Positions 17,388-23,941 of a stretch of DNA of 54,487 bases are shown piece after piece. The notes beneath the pieces are model-generated. The model was not told the origin of the DNA. It made no database searches and saw nothing but the letters and a program-made list of their open reading frames with translations. Origin of the DNA: Actinomycetota bacterium (GTDB lineage Bacteria; Actinomycetota; Geothermincolia; Fen-727; Anoxymicrobiaceae); NCBI GenBank assembly GCA_003157385.1, contig PMJJ01000092.1, positions 1-54,487 of the forward strand, read 5' to 3'. The translations under genes and the position numbers were made by a program. The stretch's first letter is position 1. The number at the start of each line of letters is the position of its first letter.

Positions 17388-17456
17388 TTTTCGAAAAACG
17401 TTCTTGACACACCCTATGTTGTGGGCAAAAATGGCCTGCAGCACAAGATGTGGGCT
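17388..17456 (+). promoter_or_regulatory. nrdR-nrdD promoter with tandem NrdR boxes
   Basis: A/T palindrome ttttcgaaaa, then -35 TTGACA (17404-17409) and a weak -10 aaaaat. NrdR-box-like 16-mers sit at 17409-17424 (acaccctatgttgtgg) and 17441-17456 (gcacaagatgtgggct), 32 bp centre to centre. Confidence 0.6.
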
Positions 17457-17535
17457 CGGGCTCCGGCAGAGGGAAATCGATAGCAATCACCGGAGTCGGG
17501 GTACGTCACCTGAAGGGGAACGAACGGTTTAGAAA

Positions 17536-18009
17536 ATGAATTGCCCGTACTGTGAGAGCAAGAAGACCAAAGTGATCGATTCCAGGGCCGTCGAGGACGG
17601 CGGATCGATACGCAGGAGGCGCATGTGCCCTTCCTGCGGGTCGCGCTTCACGACCTTCGAAAGACGGGAGAAGGTCGAGGTGGTAGTCATAAAGAGGGAC
17701 GGCGCCAGGGAAGTCTACGACCGGCAGAAGATATGGAACGGGTTTTTCAAGGCTCTGTCCAAGCGCAATGTCCCCGAGTCGGTCATAGAGAGGAACGTGG
17801 ACGAGATAGAGGACGAGCTGAAGAAGAGGCAGGACAAGGATGTGCCAGCCTCCGAGATTGGCGATATGGTGATGGAAAGGCTCAGGCGGATAGACGAGAT
17901 CGCGTACCTGCGATTCGCCTCCGTCTACAAGCGCTTCGGAGACGTCAGCGAGTTCCAGAAGGAGCTCGGAGAGTTGATGCCCGAGCAAATGGAGGACCGC
18001 TCGGCTTGA
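17536..18009 (+). CDS. nrdR: Transcriptional repressor NrdR
   Basis: Zn ribbon MNCPYCES...CPSCGSRFTTFER followed by an ATP-cone. Confidence 0.96.
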   Translation: MNCPYCESKKTKVIDSRAVEDGGSIRRRRMCPSCGSRFTTFERREKVEVVVIKRDGAREVYDRQKIWNGFFKALSKRNVPESVIERNVDEIEDELKKRQDKDVPASEIGDMVMERLRRIDEIAYLRFASVYKRFGDVSEFQKELGELMPEQMEDRSA

Positions 18010-18055
18010 GCGGAGCGGGCGGCAAAAAGATGGGTTGGACGGAAAGGAGCAGGAA

Positions 18056-20233
18056 GTGACACCTCGGATCCAGGTCCTCAACAACGGTGGGGAGTTCAGC
18101 TATAATCCCACCGGGGACGCCACTGACATCGCGCTGCAGGTAAGCACGGTGTCCGCTGAGGAGATCAACCTCTGGGACAAGCAGAGGATCGTCGACTCGA
18201 TAATACTCGAGGCTCAGGCTTCGCCGGGGCTGGCGAGTGAGATAGCCGACGAGGTCGAGAAGAAACTGGTCGCCCTGGGGCAGACGAGGGTCACCACCAG
18301 CCTGATCCGCGAGCTGGTCGACCTGCAGCTGATGGAGCGCGGCCTATCGCACATGCTGGGGCGCCACACCAAGCTCGGCCTGCCGATGTTCGATGTCGAG
18401 AACATCATCACTCAGGCCAACAAGGAGAACTCCAACACCACCCACAACCCCGAGTCGATCAACCTGACCATCGCCGAGACAGTGCTCAAGCAGTACGCGC
18501 TCGAGCGGGTCTTCTCGGATGACGTGGCACGGATGCACTACGAGGGCGCGATCCACCTCCACGACCTCGGCTTCATCGTGAGGCCCTACTGCGGCGGCCA
18601 CAGCCTCGAGTACGTGAAGAAGTACGGGCTCAAGCTGCCCAACATCACCAGCACGTCGAAGCCAGCCAAGCACGCCAACGTGCTCATCGGCCACATGGTC
18701 AAGATGGCCTCGACGCTGCAGTCTTACTACGCCGGCGCCATCGGCTGGGAGGCCGTGAACGTGTTCTTCGCGCCGTTCCTGGTCGGCATGCCGTACGAGC
18801 GCATCAAGCAGCTGGCGCAGATGCTCATCTTCGAGTTCAACCAGCTCGCGGGGGCGCGCGGCAGCCAGGTGGTCTTCACCGACTTCAACCTCTACTGGAA
18901 CGTGCCCAGGCACCTCAAGGAAGCACCCGCGATCGGGCCGGGCGGAGTCCCCACCGGACAGCCCTACAAGGACTACGAGAAGGAGGCGCAGCTCTTCCTC
19001 AAGGCTCTCTTCGAGATCTACTTGGAAGGCGACGCGATGGGCAAGACCTTCGTGTTCCCCAAGCCGCTGCTCCATATAAACGATGACTTCTTCAAGACGG
19101 AGGGCTGGGAGGAGTTCCTCGACCTGGCCTGTGAGGTGGCCAGCGCTCAGGGAATAACCTACTTCGTGTTCGACAGGGGAGACGAGGTGACGGTGTCGCA
19201 GTGCTGCAGGCTGAAGCTGAAGCTGTGCGAGGAGGACCTGCGCGAGGCCCTGACGCCGGAGAAGATGCGCTTCAGCGCCCTCCAGAACATCACCATAAAC
19301 CTGCCGCGGATCGCCTACCGCGCGAACGGCTCCGACGAGATGTTGTTCAGCGAGCTCGAGAAGACGCTGGAGCTGGTGGCCAGGGCACACGTCCAGAAGC
19401 AGAAGTTCATCTCCAGCCTCATGGAACTGGGGAAGGACGGCCCTGTCTCGCTGCTCTGCATGGAGCTCGACGGCGAGCCGTACCTTCGCCTGGACCGCCT
19501 GACCTACCTCGCGGGACTGCTGGGCCTGAACGAGATGGTGCAGCACCACAAGGGCATGCAGCTCCACGAGTCGGGAGAGGCGCTCAGATTCGGGCTCAAG
19601 GTCATAGCCCACATGAACCTGGTCTGCGAGAGGCTGTCGGAGAAGTTCGGGATAAGCATCGTGCTGGAGGAGTCTCCAGCCGAGTCCAGCGGCTACAGGC
19701 TCGCCAAGCTCGACATGAAGTATTTCCCCGAGCAGGCGGGCAAGGTGGTGAAGGGCAATCTGGAAGACGACCAGTACTACTACACCAACAGCATCCACCT
19801 GGCCACCGACGCCCCCATCGACTACGTGGAGCGCGTGCAGAAGCAGAGTCTGTTCCACCCGCTGATCAAGGCCGGCGCCATCATCCACGTGTGGCTGGGC
19901 GAGCACCAGCCGCCGGCCGCATCGGTAAGGAATTTTGTGGAGAAGATATTCTGGGACACAAACGCGGCGCAGGTGGCGTTCAGCCCCGAGTTCACCGTGT
20001 GCAACTCCTGCAGCAGGACCAGCCGGGGGCTCTTGGAGGAGTGCCCGCTCTGCGGCTCGGTCGACACCTACGGGATCACCAGGATCGTCGGCTACTACTC
20101 CAAGGTATCGACGTGGAACAAAGGAAAGCTCGGAGAGCTGGCAGAGCGCAACAGGACATCGCTCATGGGAGGGGATAGAGATGTTGTTGAAAGTATTCGT
20201 GAAAGAAGACTGTCCAAACTGTCCGGCGGCTAA
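18056..20233 (+). CDS. nrdD: Anaerobic ribonucleoside-triphosphate reductase (class III)
   Basis: C-terminal Zn site CNSC...CPLCG and glycyl-radical motif TRIVGYY. GTG 18056 lies 6 nt after AAGGAG and is preferred to TTG 18035. Confidence 0.93.
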   Translation: MTPRIQVLNNGGEFSYNPTGDATDIALQVSTVSAEEINLWDKQRIVDSIILEAQASPGLASEIADEVEKKLVALGQTRVTTSLIRELVDLQLMERGLSHMLGRHTKLGLPMFDVENIITQANKENSNTTHNPESINLTIAETVLKQYALERVFSDDVARMHYEGAIHLHDLGFIVRPYCGGHSLEYVKKYGLKLPNITSTSKPAKHANVLIGHMVKMASTLQSYYAGAIGWEAVNVFFAPFLVGMPYERIKQLAQMLIFEFNQLAGARGSQVVFTDFNLYWNVPRHLKEAPAIGPGGVPTGQPYKDYEKEAQLFLKALFEIYLEGDAMGKTFVFPKPLLHINDDFFKTEGWEEFLDLACEVASAQGITYFVFDRGDEVTVSQCCRLKLKLCEEDLREALTPEKMRFSALQNITINLPRIAYRANGSDEMLFSELEKTLELVARAHVQKQKFISSLMELGKDGPVSLLCMELDGEPYLRLDRLTYLAGLLGLNEMVQHHKGMQLHESGEALRFGLKVIAHMNLVCERLSEKFGISIVLEESPAESSGYRLAKLDMKYFPEQAGKVVKGNLEDDQYYYTNSIHLATDAPIDYVERVQKQSLFHPLIKAGAIIHVWLGEHQPPAASVRNFVEKIFWDTNAAQVAFSPEFTVCNSCSRTSRGLLEECPLCGSVDTYGITRIVGYYSKVSTWNKGKLGELAERNRTSLMGGDRDVVESIRERRLSKLSGG

Positions 20234-20423
20234 AGAGGTCGCGAACCAGTTCGGGTTCAGCAGGCTCTTCAACATGGACGACGCGGAAGGCCTGGCTGAG
20301 GCCGCGTTCCACAGCGTGCTGTGCACGCCCTCCATGGTGCTGGTGGATGACACGGAGAACGTAATCCACTCGTGGCGATGCCACGTCCCGCGCCCGACCG
20401 AGATCGCGAACTACGCGGCCTGA
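20181..20423 (+). CDS. Small glutaredoxin/NrdH-like thioredoxin-fold protein (CPNC)
   Basis: MLLKVFVKEDCPNCPAAKEV... is a classic beta-alpha start with a CxxC motif. A GGGAGGGG SD precedes ATG 20181, and the gene overlaps the last 53 nt of nrdD in another frame. It is embedded in track ORF 19935..20423. Confidence 0.7.
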   Translation: MLLKVFVKEDCPNCPAAKEVANQFGFSRLFNMDDAEGLAEAAFHSVLCTPSMVLVDDTENVIHSWRCHVPRPTEIANYAA

Positions 20424-20439
20424 GGTGGTGTGAGGAAAG

Positions 20440-20877
20440 CTGTCCCTCGTCGTCAAGTTCACCAAGCTGGCAAGCGATGTTCCAACCCCCAGATACGCCC
20501 ATGAGGGCGATGCCGGCTGCGATCTGGCCAGCCGTGAGGATCTGGTGCTCGCGCCAGGGGCAAGGGCCCTTGTGCCGACCGGCATAGCCGTGGCCATACC
20601 CGAGGGCTACGCCGGATTCATCCAACCCAGGAGCGGTCTGGCGGCGCGGCACGGGATAACCATCGTCAACACCCCCGGCCTGATCGACTCCCACTACCGC
20701 GGCGAGATCAAGGTCATCCTGCTGAACACGGACCCTCGCGAGCCTTTCGAGGTCCACAAGGGCGACAAGATATGCCAGCTCGTCTTCCAGCCGGTGGCGC
20801 GCGCGACGCTGGAGGAAGCTGGCGAGCTCGACCGGACCGCCCGCGGCGAGGGAGGCTTCGGCTCCACCGGTCTGTGA
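20440..20877 (+). CDS. dut: dUTP diphosphatase
   Basis: Motifs GDAGCDL, PRSG, GLIDSHYRGE and RGEGGFGSTG. The conserved N-terminal motifs lie upstream of the first ATG (20545), and no ATG/GTG/TTG follows the in-frame stop at 20431, so CTG 20440 is proposed as the start. Confidence 0.85.
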   Translation: MSLVVKFTKLASDVPTPRYAHEGDAGCDLASREDLVLAPGARALVPTGIAVAIPEGYAGFIQPRSGLAARHGITIVNTPGLIDSHYRGEIKVILLNTDPREPFEVHKGDKICQLVFQPVARATLEEAGELDRTARGEGGFGSTGL

Positions 20878-20894
20878 TGGCCTGCGCGCCCCCA

Positions 20895-20903
20895 TGCTAG
20901 AAT
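20895..20903 (+). promoter_or_regulatory. Extended -10 promoter (TGcTAGAAT) for DUF3786-queC
   Basis: tgctagaat lies 16 nt upstream of ATG 20919, and no SD is visible, implying a very short leader. Confidence 0.4.
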
Positions 20904-20918
20904 CTTCTCGGTGTTGCT

Positions 20919-21548
20919 ATGGATATCCAGATGCAAAGGGGCGAGAACCCCTTCGACGAACCCAGGCGCAAGCTTCGCGAGGCCGACCCGGCCAGCGTGG
21001 CGCAAAGAGCAGGCGCCCGCTGGGAGCCCGCCGGTAGCGAAGCGGGCCGGATCGTGCTCCCGGTTCTCTCTGGCGTTGCCTTCATCTCTTTTCCGGACGT
21101 CGAAGTGGAAGCCCAGCGTCCGATAGGGACATTCACCCTCAAGCTCCTTTCTCTGCTTTACCTCGCCAACACCGACGGCGAACCACCGTCGGGCGAGTGG
21201 CTGGCTTACCGGGAGTTGCCGGGCGCGCGCTTCTACGAGCCCGTGGTGAGGCGCAGCGTGGAGGAGCCTCTGGCCGCGCGCTTCGGCCGCGACAGGGAAG
21301 GCTTCCTGCAATCCTGCCAGGCGCTGGGAGGGACGGAGGTCGACTTCGGGGACGTCGCCTGTTCGTTCGCGCTGTTCCCGCAGGTGATGGTGGCGGTTAT
21401 CCTCTGGCTCTGCGACGAGGAATTCCCACCACGGGCCCAGCTCCTGTTCGACTCCAACAGCACCCACCACCTCAACGCGTTCGACCTGCGGATGGGCGCC
21501 CAGGATATCTCCTCGCTGATGATGAAGGCGGCGGGGGAGAAGGGCTGA
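20919..21548 (+). CDS. DUF3786-like protein
   Basis: Size and sequence pattern (..FISFPD....LLYLANTDG...W..YRELPG...Y...F..) recalled as DUF3786. Family assignment is from memory only. Confidence 0.55.
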   Translation: MDIQMQRGENPFDEPRRKLREADPASVAQRAGARWEPAGSEAGRIVLPVLSGVAFISFPDVEVEAQRPIGTFTLKLLSLLYLANTDGEPPSGEWLAYRELPGARFYEPVVRRSVEEPLAARFGRDREGFLQSCQALGGTEVDFGDVACSFALFPQVMVAVILWLCDEEFPPRAQLLFDSNSTHHLNAFDLRMGAQDISSLMMKAAGEKG

Positions 21549-22201
21549 TGCGCTCGCTGGTGCTGCTCTCCGGGGGGATGGACTCGGCGGTCTGCCTCTA
21601 CCAGGCCGCGGCGGATCCCACAGCGGGCAGCGTGGAGGCCGTCTTCTTTGACTGGCGCCAGCGCTCTCTGGCAGAGGAGCTCGCAGCATCGCGTGCCCTC
21701 TGTGAGGCCGTTGGGGTCGCGGAGCCGGCTGTCATCAGACTGGATTTCCCATACAGCGGACCGCTCACCGAGCCCGGCGCGGAGCTCCCCGGCGGCAGGA
21801 CCCCCGCGGACATATCCGCCGCGGGCGTTGCCGACACCTTCTTTCCGGGCCGCAACCTGGTGATGCTCGCGCACGCCTTCGGCATGGCCGCGGCTGGAGG
21901 TGCGCGACGCATCTACTTCGGGCCCAACGCCGACGACGCCGCGGGATACCCCGACTGCCGCGCGGACTGCCTGATGCAACTGGCGGCGGCATGTCGACTG
22001 GGCACCGACACCGAAGTCGAGCTGGCAGTTCCGCTGATCGAGAGGTCCAAGGAGCAGGTGGTCCAAGCCGGCGACGACCTCGGCGTGCCATGGGAGAAGA
22101 CCTTCTCGTGCTACGCGCCCGTGGACGGGCGGCCCTGCGGCATATGCGATTCCTGCGTGCTCCGGATGAGCGCCATCAAGGGAAAGGTTGAGCGACCCTA
22201 G
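21548..22201 (+). CDS. queC: 7-cyano-7-deazaguanine synthase
   Basis: PP-loop LLSGGMDS and C-terminal Zn motif C...CGICDSC. ATGA overlap with the upstream gene. Internal start within track ORF 21197..22201. Confidence 0.9.
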   Translation: MRSLVLLSGGMDSAVCLYQAAADPTAGSVEAVFFDWRQRSLAEELAASRALCEAVGVAEPAVIRLDFPYSGPLTEPGAELPGGRTPADISAAGVADTFFPGRNLVMLAHAFGMAAAGGARRIYFGPNADDAAGYPDCRADCLMQLAAACRLGTDTEVELAVPLIERSKEQVVQAGDDLGVPWEKTFSCYAPVDGRPCGICDSCVLRMSAIKGKVERP

Positions 22202-23850
22202 CCGGCGTCTTCGTCATCATCATCGTCCGGTAGTATCTTCGGCATCGAAACGTCGAGCTTGACGGAGCGCCGGATATAGGTGCTGAAGATGATGGGAATC
22301 GACAGGATGATGAGTATGGCGATCACCAGGTATATCCAGTTCTTGCCCGATCCCTTCCCGGTGAGCTTCTTCGCGCCCCCGACGGTGGCTCCGGTCCCGA
22401 ACTGATCGGTGGTGGAGAACGTCGATGCTAGTATCAGCGAGGTGCCGGAGACGCTGTCGTGGAAGAAGGCGTCCCAGCTGGTGTTGGTGCCTTTCTCCAG
22501 TATCGCGCTCATGTCCGGCAGCGAGTACTTCTGGCCCGAGAACGCGTTGAACTCCTTGGCCATCTGCCCCAGCAGCCACTCGATGTCCTTCGCCGCGCCC
22601 GTGCCCTCGGCACCCAGCTTCACCGAGATATCCGCCGCCACGGCGGCTCCCTTGGTGGCGAGCAACGAGGTGTCTGAAGACCCCTGAGCCTTGGACAAGC
22701 TCGTGGTGGTGGCGCCGGGGCCCGTGAGGTAGTCGCCGTAGACCCGCGAGAACCCGGAGTAGGCGGTGTTGGCGTCGGAGAGGCCGAGCTTGCCGGCCAG
22801 CCTGTAGGCGTAAAACCAGGGCATCCCTTCCTGGAACCAGGCGGAGTCGCCACCCGATGCCGGCAGTAGCGACCAGCGGTTCCACGTCTCGAACCAGCCA
22901 CGCCCGGCCGCGGCAGCCGCCAGCCCCGTGAGGTCGGCGCCGCCATGGAAGAGGAGGAAAGAGTCGCGCAGGCCCTCGGATGCTGGACCAACAGCCCCCC
23001 TCTTGGTCGACCCGGACACCAGAACGGTGGCGTAGGACTGTTCAGGCCGCGGCCCCATCACCCGCACGCACTCGTCGTAGATTTTGATCAAGTTGTCGGC
23101 GTACCCGCTCCTGTCGGAGTCCTGGTAGCTGTCGTACTCGGAGGTGAAGCCGATGGTTATGGCCGGGTTGGCGGCCCGCTTCGTCACTGTGGTCATCTTT
23201 CCCCAGGCGACGTAGTTCGCCAGCAGTGCGCTGGTAGAGTCCACAGTGTACGATCCGGCGCTTGTCGACTTCCAGGGCGCGAGCGACGTCTGACCGGAAG
23301 CCGTCTGGACTTTCACCCCGTATTGTTCCGTGAGGTACTGCCCTGATTCGTTCTGCGGCGCCAGGAGGACGTCTGAGGCCATGAACGCCTTGAGGTCGGG
23401 CTGCGCTATGGCCCTGGGGGAAGAAGCTCCCGTGGGCCCTTCTGGTGCAACGGCGGACGCACTGGAGGTGGTAACCACAGTCACCTTGTAGGGGATCTCA
23501 GCCAGGCCGTCCGCGGATGCGGTCACGGTCCAGGCGTTGGATGTTCCCGCCACGGGCTGGACGACGAAGGCCGGGTTCGCGGGTGTTTGCATGGCTATGT
23601 CCGGCGCGACGCCCGTGACGCCGAGTTGGGCTGTCGAGGTGGAAGGTTTGAGCAAAGCTTTCTGCCCGCTATTCATGTTGAAGGTCACCTTCACATCCAC
23701 GGACGCCGTGCTCGAGGTATCCGAACTCAACGTGAAGTTGACGGTCGCCGTGGACACGGCCGCGGAGATGGGGGAGATGAACAGTAGACAAACCAGGGCC
23801 GCCGTGGCCATGGCGATACAGACCGATTTGATGGTTGATTGTGTGAACAT
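22198..23850 (-). CDS. Secreted, C-terminally membrane-anchored protein with degenerate gluzincin-like region
   Basis: N-terminal signal peptide, C-terminal TM (WIYLVIAILIILSIPIIF) and an acidic tail. The central GWFETWNRW...AWFQEGMPWFYAYRLAGKLGL resembles the HExxH...WxxEG region of M1/M61 peptidases, but both His are absent. Confidence 0.7.
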   Translation of the reverse strand: MFTQSTIKSVCIAMATAALVCLLFISPISAAVSTATVNFTLSSDTSSTASVDVKVTFNMNSGQKALLKPSTSTAQLGVTGVAPDIAMQTPANPAFVVQPVAGTSNAWTVTASADGLAEIPYKVTVVTTSSASAVAPEGPTGASSPRAIAQPDLKAFMASDVLLAPQNESGQYLTEQYGVKVQTASGQTSLAPWKSTSAGSYTVDSTSALLANYVAWGKMTTVTKRAANPAITIGFTSEYDSYQDSDRSGYADNLIKIYDECVRVMGPRPEQSYATVLVSGSTKRGAVGPASEGLRDSFLLFHGGADLTGLAAAAAGRGWFETWNRWSLLPASGGDSAWFQEGMPWFYAYRLAGKLGLSDANTAYSGFSRVYGDYLTGPGATTTSLSKAQGSSDTSLLATKGAAVAADISVKLGAEGTGAAKDIEWLLGQMAKEFNAFSGQKYSLPDMSAILEKGTNTSWDAFFHDSVSGTSLILASTFSTTDQFGTGATVGGAKKLTGKGSGKNWIYLVIAILIILSIPIIFSTYIRRSVKLDVSMPKILPDDDDDEDAG

Positions 23851-23941
23851 AAGGCCAATTCCCTATCAGGCAAAAGCGTGTCACTAACTGGTGAGTATAA
23901 CAGAACGAGATGCGTATCGCCGGGCGGGGGAGAGGGGCCTC

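Noticed and set aside
18344-20353. 669-aa ORF antisense to nrdD
   Set aside because: Same artefact. The nrdD frame carries all the diagnostic motifs and the antisense product has none.
20878-20918. preQ1 riboswitch upstream of queC
   Set aside because: Only about 40 nt lie between dut and the DUF3786-like gene, and queC itself is translationally coupled. There is no room for an aptamer and none was recognised.
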